The notes under the pieces are model-generated. The model saw nothing but the letters and a program-made list of their open reading frames with translations. It was not told where the DNA came from and made no database searches. Source: a virus (Duplodnaviria > Caudoviricetes). From it: DNA of 30,393 nucleotides. A program made the position numbers and the translations under genes. Below, piece after piece: positions 17,743 through 25,517 of the stretch; the first letter of the stretch is position 1; every line of letters starts with the position of its first letter. The stretch spans positions 1 to 30,393 of IMG/VR virus record IMGVR_UViG_3300007973_000016; one strand, 5' to 3'.

Positions 17743-19287
17743 ATGCCGTCTAAGACAAGCGAAGATGAATTGGAGGCGCTAGCCTCACTGGAACTGGATT
17801 TCGATCCAGGCCACAAGCCACGCACCGCATCGAACAAGCCGTGGATGCCGGATCTCAATCCGACCCAGCTGAAGATCTTCAACGACACCGCGCCGTTCAT
17901 CCTGGCGTATGGAGAGAAGGGTTCAGGCAAGTCGATCGGTGCCGAGCACAAGATGGTGCGGCACTGCTACGAGAACTGGGACGCCCTTGGCCTGATCGTC
18001 ACGCCGTCCATCCGTACTGGTAAGTTCGGTGTGATCCATGACCTGGAGACGCTGATCCTACCGTCATGGGAGGAGGGTATAGGCCTGGAGTGGATCCCAT
18101 CGAAGCTCGATCCGAACACAAAGGACAGAATCCTTAAGGTGGCGAACCGGCATGGCGGCTGGTCGACAATCCTCCAGATCGCTATCCCGTACGCCGAGGC
18201 GATCGCTGGTCGCGTCAAGGGTATCCACCCGTCCTTCATCCTTCCCGATGAGTTAACCGACTGCGATGGGCGCGATTACTTCACGCTTATCGCGGCACAG
18301 CTGAATCGACGACGCCACATCCAGGGGCCGCAGCAGTACGTTGCGACCTGCAACCCCAAGGGTCCGAGCAACTGGGTGTACCAGGTGTTCTTCGAGGAGC
18401 CCTTCAACCACGAAACCGGAGAACGAGACAAAAACTTCTCAGTCTACCATGTCCCATTCCGAGAGAACGCGCATCGGCCCGAGATGGCCAGCTACCTGGA
18501 AACACTCGAAAGGGCTGTCAAGGGAGACCCGATCGAAAGGGCTCGGCTCATCGAAGGAAAGTGGATCGAGAGACCCACAGGAGAAGCCCTCTTTAAGCAG
18601 CACTACGCCGCAGACCGACACATCGTCGGAGACCTCAAGCTCGGAACCGGACTGACACCTGTCCCATGGGCTCCGTGCGCGATCGGATACGACCTCGGTC
18701 AGGTGTACTCGACCGCTGTTTTCATGCAGCTGGTCCCGCTCGAGAAGGAGTCAATCTGGATCGTGTTCGACGAGATATGCCACCTGAACGAGAAGATCCT
18801 CTACAAGAACATGGCCAACGAGATCGTCGATCGGATACTGGCCTGGAACAAGGCGGTGGGAAGGAAGATGGCCTGGGAGCACATCGCTGACGATTCTGCG
18901 GTGAACCAGTGGCGTCCCGGTGGAGGAGGCAGCTACGACGCATGGGACTTCGAGAAGGAGTTCAACCGAGCCGGCCTGATCCACAATCTTCCGCAGATGA
19001 AGATGGTCGGGTGCCCGAAGGGTGCGGGATCGATCGAAGCTCGCGTCCGCATGATGCAGAGCAAGCTGCACCAGGACACGATCCTGGTGTCAGCACAGTG
19101 CCCGTGGGTTCAGGAGACGCTCTTGATGCTTGAGGGGCGCAAGGACGAGCCACTCAAGCCGAAGAAGACTGCGCGTGGACTGATCCACGTTTTCGACGCG
19201 ATGACATATCCCATGCTTCGCCAGGAAATCAGCGGTGGATCGTCCGTAAATTCGGCACCTCCTGTCTCGTCGATAATTTCCGTCTGA
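17743..19287 (+). CDS. terL: Terminase large subunit
   Basis: LNPTQ adenine-binding motif, Walker A YGEKGSGKS, Walker B ILPDE, coupling motif ATCNP, and RNase H-like GYDLG and HVFDAMTY. SD GGAGAGGAG. Confidence 0.93.
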   Translation: MPSKTSEDELEALASLELDFDPGHKPRTASNKPWMPDLNPTQLKIFNDTAPFILAYGEKGSGKSIGAEHKMVRHCYENWDALGLIVTPSIRTGKFGVIHDLETLILPSWEEGIGLEWIPSKLDPNTKDRILKVANRHGGWSTILQIAIPYAEAIAGRVKGIHPSFILPDELTDCDGRDYFTLIAAQLNRRRHIQGPQQYVATCNPKGPSNWVYQVFFEEPFNHETGERDKNFSVYHVPFRENAHRPEMASYLETLERAVKGDPIERARLIEGKWIERPTGEALFKQHYAADRHIVGDLKLGTGLTPVPWAPCAIGYDLGQVYSTAVFMQLVPLEKESIWIVFDEICHLNEKILYKNMANEIVDRILAWNKAVGRKMAWEHIADDSAVNQWRPGGGGSYDAWDFEKEFNRAGLIHNLPQMKMVGCPKGAGSIEARVRMMQSKLHQDTILVSAQCPWVQETLLMLEGRKDEPLKPKKTARGLIHVFDAMTYPMLRQEISGGSSVNSAPPVSSIISV

Positions 19288-19323
19288 TTTTCAAAAATTT
19301 GACTTGATCAACAGGGAGTCTGC

Positions 19324-19351
19324 GTGCATCTTGAGTGCATCTTGAGTGCAT
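19324..19351 (+). repeat. 11-bp tandem repeat x2.5 (GTGCATCTTGA), probable operator/promoter element
   Basis: GTGCATCTTGA GTGCATCTTGA GTGCAT lies just upstream of the HTH gene ATG; TTGACT/TTGATC hexamers at 19299-19310. Confidence 0.7.
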
Positions 19352-19360
19352 ATTTGCTGC

Positions 19361-19564
19361 ATGAAAAAGACCTCTGAACATCCACTGGATTCCGAAAGGT
19401 TGATCACGGTTTCCGAACTTGCCGACAAGATCGGATACAGCGTGAGAAGGGTGAGAAAATACGCCGCCCTTGGGAAGATACCTGTCGTCAAGCTCAACAA
19501 CCGAGACCTCAGATTCCACTGGCCGAGCGTCCTAGCCAAACTGACCAATGCCACGCTGGAATGA
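19361..19564 (+). CDS. Excisionase/HTH_17-like DNA-binding protein
   Basis: LITVSELADKIGYSVRRVRKYAALGKIPVVKL...LRF pattern; ATG 19361 preferred. Confidence 0.85.
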   Translation: MKKTSEHPLDSERLITVSELADKIGYSVRRVRKYAALGKIPVVKLNNRDLRFHWPSVLAKLTNATLE

Positions 19565-19901
19565 AGACCAACTCGCCGAGTTCCTTCAACGGCGTTCCCA
19601 CAGGGGGGATCAGGATCACACTCAAGTACCGACTACCAAGCCTCAACCGACTGTTCGGAATGAACCACTGGCAGAGGCATCGAGAAAAGAAGGAGGCAAA
19701 ACGCGCATTCGAGTCGTGGTTACGAGCAGGCGCTGCAGGCTCCTCGATCCCGACAATGTGTGCCCCAAGTACGTCATCGACCTCCTTCGATATGGGGGCG
19801 TACTGCGCGATGATTCTCCAGACCTTATCGACCTCGAAATTCGACAAGAAAGGGTCAGCAAAAAAGACCAAGAAGAAACGGTAATCGAGATACTACCATG
19901 A
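19548..19901 (+). CDS. RusA-like Holliday junction resolvase, catalytic C-terminal half (frame B)
   Basis: RLLDPDNVCPKYVIDLLRYGGVLRDDSP matches the RusA DxDN-K-D-L-G-DD signature. The stop overlaps the next ATG. Confidence 0.8.
   Translation: MPRWNEDQLAEFLQRRSHRGDQDHTQVPTTKPQPTVRNEPLAEASRKEGGKTRIRVVVTSRRCRLLDPDNVCPKYVIDLLRYGGVLRDDSPDLIDLEIRQERVSKKDQEETVIEILP
19561..19884 (+). CDS. Nested ORF carrying the RusA-like N-terminal strand/helix (frame A)
   Basis: IRITLKYRLPSLNRLFGMNHWQRHREKKEAK matches the RusA-family (P)PSxN start. Its ATG overlaps the upstream HTH stop (ATGA). Confidence 0.65.
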   Translation: MKTNSPSSFNGVPTGGIRITLKYRLPSLNRLFGMNHWQRHREKKEAKRAFESWLRAGAAGSSIPTMCAPSTSSTSFDMGAYCAMILQTLSTSKFDKKGSAKKTKKKR

Positions 19902-20959
19902 GAGAGGAACTGGCCGTAGCACTGACGGCAATCAAGAGTGACGATCTGTTCTCAGCTGCAAAGGCACGAGCGATGGTCACTGTGTACGACGAGTTGTGGC
20001 GCGAGAATTGGCGCGGCTACCAGATTGTAGATGTAGAGCGCGAGTTCGCGTTCCCACTGCTGAACCCTGAGACCGAAGGCACCAGCCGATCGTTCTCTGA
20101 GGCGGGCAAGATGGACGCTCTGCTGCGTCGTCGATCTGACGGCAAGCTGATCGTGTTGGAGCACAAGACCACTAGCGATGATGTGGCACCGGAGTCGAAC
20201 TACTGGGACCGCCTTCGGATGGACACGCAGGTCTCGAAGTACTTCCTGGGCGCAATGCAGACCGGACAGGACGTGGGCGGCGTCATCTACGATGTGATGG
20301 GCAAGCCTGGTCAACGCCAGTCGCAGATCCCGCTGCGCGACGAGGCCGGATCGAAGATCGTCCTCGATGTGAACGGTAACCGCGTTCGGACCAAGGACGG
20401 CAAGAAGTGGCGTGAGACTGGTGACACTGAAGCCGGCTACGTCGTTCAGGCTCGCCCGGAGACTGCAGAAGAGTTTGAGGTCCGTGTTCTTGGGGTTCTA
20501 CGTGAGAACCCGTTCAACTTCTACGCTCAGAAGCAGGTCGCTCGGTTGGACGCGGACATTCTCGAGTACATGAGCGACGCCTGGCAACTGAGCCAGCAGA
20601 TCCTCTACTTCCGAAAGCAGCAGCTCTGGCCGCGAAATCCGAATGCGTGCAACGCTTACAACCGCACGTGCGAGTTCTTCGATCTCTGCTCGGGCCGCGC
20701 CTCGGTCGATGGCATCCGCTTCGCCAAGACCCAGTCCGCTCACAACGAGCTCAAGATCCAGTCAGACGGCGAACGTCAGCTGCTTACCAATTCTCGGTCT
20801 GCATCGCTCCGTCGATGCGCCCGTCACCATTTCCTGCACTACGAAGAGCAGGTTCGGAAAATCCAAGAGGACGATGCTTCCGAGGCTCTCCGACTTGGCA
20901 CGTTGGTCCACCTCGGTCTCGAAGCCTACTTCAATCACCTCAAACTGATTCAGAACTGA
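19898..20959 (+). CDS. Cas4/AddB-like PD-(D/E)XK exonuclease, circularly permuted
   Basis: VEREF, GKMDAL, LEHKT, QVSKY and the Cys triad C251/C258/C264. The normally N-terminal LLTNS..RRC..GTLVHxGLE block is at the C-terminus. Confidence 0.85.
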   Translation: MREELAVALTAIKSDDLFSAAKARAMVTVYDELWRENWRGYQIVDVEREFAFPLLNPETEGTSRSFSEAGKMDALLRRRSDGKLIVLEHKTTSDDVAPESNYWDRLRMDTQVSKYFLGAMQTGQDVGGVIYDVMGKPGQRQSQIPLRDEAGSKIVLDVNGNRVRTKDGKKWRETGDTEAGYVVQARPETAEEFEVRVLGVLRENPFNFYAQKQVARLDADILEYMSDAWQLSQQILYFRKQQLWPRNPNACNAYNRTCEFFDLCSGRASVDGIRFAKTQSAHNELKIQSDGERQLLTNSRSASLRRCARHHFLHYEEQVRKIQEDDASEALRLGTLVHLGLEAYFNHLKLIQN

Positions 20960-20962
20960 AAC

Positions 20963-21847
20963 ATGAGTATACTCGCAAAAGTTAAGCGCGGCGACGCCGA
21001 GCTTCCTCCTCGCATACTGATCGCCGGCCCTGAGGGTATCGGCAAGTCGACGATCGCATCCCAAGCACCGAACCCACTGTTCATCTGCAGTGAGGACGGC
21101 CTGACCGGTCTCGAGCACGTAGCTCGGTTCTCACCAAGCTCCCTACAAGAACTCAACGCCCTCCTCGATGAGTTAGCGACCAACCCGGGCGAGTACAAGA
21201 GTCTCGTCATTGATACCGCCGACTGGCTCGAGCGGATGATCTACGACGGCATCTGCAAACGTGACGGCAAGGCCAACATCGAGGACTACGGCTACGGCAA
21301 GGGCTACACCATTGCTGAGCAGGAGCTCGTGTCAGTGCTCGCCAAACTCGACCAAATCCGCCATGCCCAGCGCCTGTGGATCATTGTCCTGTCACACGTC
21401 CAGATCCGCACGTTCCAGGATCCTCGTGGTGACAGTTGGGACCGCTACGAGATGAAGGGGAACAAGAAGTTCACCGGCATCTTCCGCGAGTGGCCCGACG
21501 CCTGCCTATTCGCTGTCTTCGAGGTCTTCAAGACCAAGGAGAAGGGATCGATCAAGGAGAAGACCATCGGCGGCGATCGCGTGCTACACACCCAGTGGAG
21601 CCCCGCTTGGGACGCCAAAAATCGGCTAAACCTGCCCGACTCCATCCCGCTCAACTGGGAGAGTCTGTCCAGCGAGATCAAGACCAACAGCCCTACCTCA
21701 CTCCGTGAGCGTATCACCGCGCTGTACGCCACCGCCAAGCTCAGCGAAGCCGCCAAAGCTCAGTGGGATAAGACAATGCCGCTGATCGGCACACTCCCTC
21801 CTGACAGACTCAAAGCCGCTGTGCAGAAACTCGAAACTCTTCAGTAA
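20963..21847 (+). CDS. Sak4-like (AAA_24) recombination ATPase
   Basis: Walker A GPEGIGKST, Walker B LVIDTADWLE, GYGKGY and AKNR motifs. Confidence 0.88.
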   Translation: MSILAKVKRGDAELPPRILIAGPEGIGKSTIASQAPNPLFICSEDGLTGLEHVARFSPSSLQELNALLDELATNPGEYKSLVIDTADWLERMIYDGICKRDGKANIEDYGYGKGYTIAEQELVSVLAKLDQIRHAQRLWIIVLSHVQIRTFQDPRGDSWDRYEMKGNKKFTGIFREWPDACLFAVFEVFKTKEKGSIKEKTIGGDRVLHTQWSPAWDAKNRLNLPDSIPLNWESLSSEIKTNSPTSLRERITALYATAKLSEAAKAQWDKTMPLIGTLPPDRLKAAVQKLETLQ

Positions 21848-21853
21848 ACCAAC

Positions 21854-22402
21854 ATGAGCAATAACAAGTATATCGAACACGCAGGATCGTATGAGTGCAT
21901 CGTCGAGGCCCCCGGTGACGCCGGATGGTTCGGCGAGTCAGGAGACAAGAAGACACCGTTCATCCGCATCCCAGTGCGTGTGACCGAGGGAGTAGACAAG
22001 GGCAAGATCGCCGTCTATCGGGCGTGGCTGAGCGACAGCGCGTTCGACAACACCATCCGTCGCCTCAAGGAGGTGTTCGGATTCGACGGAGACCTAAACG
22101 CTCTGTTCGCTGGCAAGACGACGTTTGTCGGACTGCCTTGCAACATCCAGACCGAGATGGAGACCTATCAGGGCAAGGCCATGTGCAAGGTGGCGTGGCT
22201 GAATGCTCCTGGTGGTGGCGGCGGTGGCGCGACGCCGATGGAGTCCTCGAAGCTCTCGAGCCTGCTCTCACGCCTCGGGCCTAAGGCCAAGGCCATCGCC
22301 AAGGCGACCCCTGCTGCCGATGGAGTTCAGGCTGGCGGAACGAAGACATCGACGGCAAATGCCGTGACTGAGGAGGTCAATCAGGACGATATTCCATTCT
22401 GA
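21854..22402 (+). CDS. Single-stranded DNA-binding protein (OB-fold, Sak4 partner)
   Basis: Follows Sak4; beta-rich core, flexible tail, acidic C-terminus DDIPF. Confidence 0.8.
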   Translation: MSNNKYIEHAGSYECIVEAPGDAGWFGESGDKKTPFIRIPVRVTEGVDKGKIAVYRAWLSDSAFDNTIRRLKEVFGFDGDLNALFAGKTTFVGLPCNIQTEMETYQGKAMCKVAWLNAPGGGGGGATPMESSKLSSLLSRLGPKAKAIAKATPAADGVQAGGTKTSTANAVTEEVNQDDIPF

Positions 22403-22403
22403 T

Positions 22404-22937
22404 ATGACCTTCGACCAATACATTCCGTTGGCGATTCGCACGGAGTCTCCACGGTCATCATGCAGTGAGCAGAATCGACTGCTTCACGCATCTATGGGAG
22501 CGATGACAGAATCCGTAGAGCTCCTTTCGTTCAGCGATCAGTTGAACCTATTTGAGGAACTCGGGGACATCTGCTGGTACATCGCGATCGCGGCGGACAC
22601 CATCAAGCCGGTCGACTTCGAGCCCGTTGTAACGAGGGTGCTCGATAGCCTCCGTCAAGGAGTTGCTATCCGCAATCTATGTGAGCAGTCCTCTCACCTT
22701 CTGGACATGACCAAGAAGAATGTGTTCTACGGAAAGCAGATCGACAAGGTTGCATTCGCGCAGACCTGCCAGCTGATAATAGAGCTAATCAAGAGTATCT
22801 GTAACATGAACGGGATCCAATTCTCGAACGTGCTTGCAGCTAATATCCGAAAGCTACAGGTGAGATATCCTGAAAAGTACTCGGATCATAACGCTGATTC
22901 CAGAGACCTCTATTTAGAGCGCAAGGCATTGGTGTAG
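22404..22937 (+). CDS. MazG-like nucleotide pyrophosphohydrolase
   Basis: LLHASMGAMTESVEL, EELGDICWY and NIRKLQVRYP motifs, with an internal second helical repeat. Confidence 0.85.
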   Translation: MTFDQYIPLAIRTESPRSSCSEQNRLLHASMGAMTESVELLSFSDQLNLFEELGDICWYIAIAADTIKPVDFEPVVTRVLDSLRQGVAIRNLCEQSSHLLDMTKKNVFYGKQIDKVAFAQTCQLIIELIKSICNMNGIQFSNVLAANIRKLQVRYPEKYSDHNADSRDLYLERKALV

Positions 22938-22950
22938 TTGTAATACAATA

Positions 22951-22983
22951 AGGGGCTCACGGTTGGCGCTGTGAGCCTCTTTT
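22951..22983 (+). terminator. Intrinsic terminator
   Basis: AGGGGCTCACGG-TTGGCG-CTGTGAGCCTCT-TTT. Confidence 0.7.
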
Positions 22984-22998
22984 AATAGAGGAGATGGA

Positions 22999-23733
22999 AT
23001 GAATTCTGACACAAAACGTAAAGCTCCAGCGTTTCAAATGTACGCTGATGATTTTCTTGCTGGAACTTCTGACATGAGCTCAGAAGAGGTTGGTGGATAC
23101 ATTCGATTGCTTTGCCACCAATGGACTAAAGGTGGGATACCAAATGACGAAGAGCGTGCAGCTAGAATGGCAGGCCTAATGGGGTCGCCATCTATTCGCT
23201 ATGTGCTCGCCAAGTTCTCGCCATGCGATGATGGTATGCTCCGAAACGCGAGACTGGAGGCTGTTAGGGCTGAAAGTGAGGCATATAGGTCGTCCCAGTC
23301 GGAAGCAGGCCGAAAAGGGGCCATGACAAGATGGAAGACGAAGCGAAATGATGGCGACGCTAATGGCGAGCCTATAGCAACCCCAATAGCGAACACGTGG
23401 CCAAACGATAGCTCTCCATCTCCATCTCCTAATAAAGAAGAAGAGGTAGCTTCCGCTCCCCGTTCTCGTTCTCGTTTCGTTCCTCCTATTCGGGATGAGG
23501 TGGCACTAGAAGCAGCGAAGATTGGATTGCCTGATTCAGAGGTGGACAAGTTTCTGAATTACTACGAGTCAAACGGATGGAAGGTTGGAAAGAACCCAAT
23601 GAAGTCGTGGAACGCTGGTTTACGTAATTGGGCATCAAGGTGGAGGGAAACTTCTGGAAATAAAACAGCACCACCGAGACCTCCAGGAGAAGAGTGGCGC
23701 AATGATCCAACAGATTGGAGGCACTCGCTATGA
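22999..23733 (+). CDS. Replication initiator, DUF1376/YdaU-like
   Basis: PAFQMYADDFLAGT..MSSEEVGGYIRLLCHQW N-domain, SPSPSP linker, and FLNYYESNGWKVGKNPMKSW C-domain. Directly upstream of DnaB. Confidence 0.85.
   Translation: MNSDTKRKAPAFQMYADDFLAGTSDMSSEEVGGYIRLLCHQWTKGGIPNDEERAARMAGLMGSPSIRYVLAKFSPCDDGMLRNARLEAVRAESEAYRSSQSEAGRKGAMTRWKTKRNDGDANGEPIATPIANTWPNDSSPSPSPNKEEEVASAPRSRSRFVPPIRDEVALEAAKIGLPDSEVDKFLNYYESNGWKVGKNPMKSWNAGLRNWASRWRETSGNKTAPPRPPGEEWRNDPTDWRHSL
23351..23414. repeat. Probable origin iterons within the initiator gene
   Basis: RTRGC-core repeats (ATGGCGA, ATGGCGA, ATAGCAA, ATAGCGA, GTGGCCA, ATAGC) start at 23351, 23363, 23374, 23386, 23397 and 23408, an 11-12 bp period. 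Confidence 0.6.
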
Positions 23734-25043
23734 GTTTAGAAAGCTCAGATGTATACTTCGCAGAGTCGGATGAGCTTGGGATTCTTGGCGCTTGCCTAAT
23801 TGGATCTATTGAAACCTCGTCTGATGCAGTTGCTCAGATGCAGCCGGGAATGCTGACCAACGATGCGGTCAGAGAGTCAATAGAGCTCATCGATCTGATG
23901 ATTAGGGAGGGCGTGAAGCCGGCATTGGACACGCTTGGTCGCGCATGGAAGAAGGCCTACTCGAAGAAGCCCATGCCGCTGGAGCTCTGGAGCAAGGCCA
24001 TGGACTCCTGCCCATCGGAGCACAACCTGAGCTACCACGTCCAGGGAGTGCGTGAGGCCTTCGCTCGTCGCAAGTTGCGTGAGGCCGGCCAGCGGCTTAT
24101 TACCGACTCGGGCAACTCATCGACGCCGATCGATGCGGCGATCTCCCAACTCGAGTCAGGAATCGCGATGGAGCATGATGTCATGCCGGCTACCGAGAAC
24201 TCGAAGAGTGTCGTCTGCGGGTTCCTCGATGCGCTGCAGGATCGGTGGGCGAATCGCGGAAAGCTCAGTGGCGTAACCTCCGGTATCCCGATGCTCGATC
24301 GCATGACTGACGGCATCCAGTACGGCGAGCTCTTCCTCGTCGCTGCGAGGCCCAGCATTGGCAAGACCGCGATGGGCGTCTCGATCATCCAAGCGGCGTG
24401 CATCACCGAGGGCGTTCCAACGCTCTTCGTGACGGCCGAGATGAGCGAGCGGGCAATCATGCGCCGTCTGGTGTCTACCGTGGCCGGCGTGCCGATGCAG
24501 ACAATCAAGACTGCAAATCTCGACGAGGGTGACTTTAGGAAGATCAGTGCAGCTGGGGTTAAGATATCTAAGGCACCGCTGCACTTCCTCGATGTTTCAT
24601 CAGGCGGAACTGTCTCAACAATCACCGCGTCGATCCGAAGGGCCGTACGGAGGCACAAGGTGAAGATGGTGATCATCGACTACCTACAGAAGATACACGC
24701 CTCTGGTAAGCACGAGAAGCGCACCTACGAGGTTGGCGAAGTATCGACCAAGCTGAAGGGTTGCGCGGTTGCATCGAATGTGGCGATGGTCTGTCTCGCA
24801 CAGATAAACCGAGAATCTGAGAAGGAGAAAAATAGAGCGCCGAAGCTGAGCGACCTAGCGGATAGCGGGCAAATCGAAAGAGACGCGGACACGGTGTGTC
24901 TTCTCGACAGGAATAGGGCAGAGCCAAAGGGAGAGGCGAAGCTCATAATCGCGAAACAGCGCGATGGAGAATGCGGAATTGTGCAGCTTTGGTACGAGGG
25001 TCAGTTCTGCAGATTCACGGGAGTCAGTCCCATCGACGAATGA
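23730..25043 (+). CDS. dnaB: Replicative DNA helicase
   Basis: AARPSIGKT, AEMS, IIDYLQ, LAQINR, DLADSGQIERDAD and IIAKQRDG motifs. The ATG at 23730 overlaps the initiator stop. Confidence 0.95.
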   Translation: MSLESSDVYFAESDELGILGACLIGSIETSSDAVAQMQPGMLTNDAVRESIELIDLMIREGVKPALDTLGRAWKKAYSKKPMPLELWSKAMDSCPSEHNLSYHVQGVREAFARRKLREAGQRLITDSGNSSTPIDAAISQLESGIAMEHDVMPATENSKSVVCGFLDALQDRWANRGKLSGVTSGIPMLDRMTDGIQYGELFLVAARPSIGKTAMGVSIIQAACITEGVPTLFVTAEMSERAIMRRLVSTVAGVPMQTIKTANLDEGDFRKISAAGVKISKAPLHFLDVSSGGTVSTITASIRRAVRRHKVKMVIIDYLQKIHASGKHEKRTYEVGEVSTKLKGCAVASNVAMVCLAQINRESEKEKNRAPKLSDLADSGQIERDADTVCLLDRNRAEPKGEAKLIIAKQRDGECGIVQLWYEGQFCRFTGVSPIDE

Positions 25044-25231
25044 AACCGAAGACTTCGATCCGATACGTCACACCGAAAAACCGGAATGAACAACGATGCT
25101 ACCTATGTGATTCCGTCGGACACCACAAGTGGTTCGACGCAGAGATCAACCACTACGTCTGCTCCGATTGCCTTGCCCAGGCGGCTGCTGCGGAAAAGTT
25201 CCTTCAGCAATCGACGCAACACTCACACTGA
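25040..25231 (+). CDS. Small zinc-finger protein
   Basis: ATGA-coupled to dnaB; CYLC...CSDC. Confidence 0.65.
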   Translation: MKPKTSIRYVTPKNRNEQRCYLCDSVGHHKWFDAEINHYVCSDCLAQAAAAEKFLQQSTQHSH

Positions 25232-25517
25232 CTTCGCATATGAGGTGTTCGGCTACGCCAAGAAAGGCCCAGGCAACAAGCCTGCTAAGTTCGCCAGAGC
25301 TTACATCGCGTGGATCTTCTCGAAGATTTCCAAAGGTGAGCGGGTCACGCTCCCTGGCCTCGGAACCATTCACGCCACTTTTCGTGCAGAGCGGCAAGGA
25401 GTCGGGAAGTTTAGGGTGTTTCAGCCCGCGCAGTTCGTTCTGAAAATGACCCCATCTCCCGGCGTAAAGCCGCACCTGATACGTCTCGCAAAAGAAAAAC
25501 CAGACTCGTTCCAATGA
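25086..25517 (+). CDS. HU/IHF-like DNA-binding protein (start uncertain; domain begins near 25220)
   Basis: ISKGERVTLPGLGTIHATFRAERQG...LKMTPS resembles the HU signature; the stop overlaps the next ATG. Confidence 0.6.
   Translation: MNNDATYVIPSDTTSGSTQRSTTTSAPIALPRRLLRKSSFSNRRNTHTDFAYEVFGYAKKGPGNKPAKFARAYIAWIFSKISKGERVTLPGLGTIHATFRAERQGVGKFRVFQPAQFVLKMTPSPGVKPHLIRLAKEKPDSFQ

Noticed and set aside
19898-20959. Cas4-like gene as evidence of a CRISPR-Cas system
   Set aside because: No repeat-spacer array or other cas genes are seen, and the context (Sak4, SSB) is a phage recombination module.
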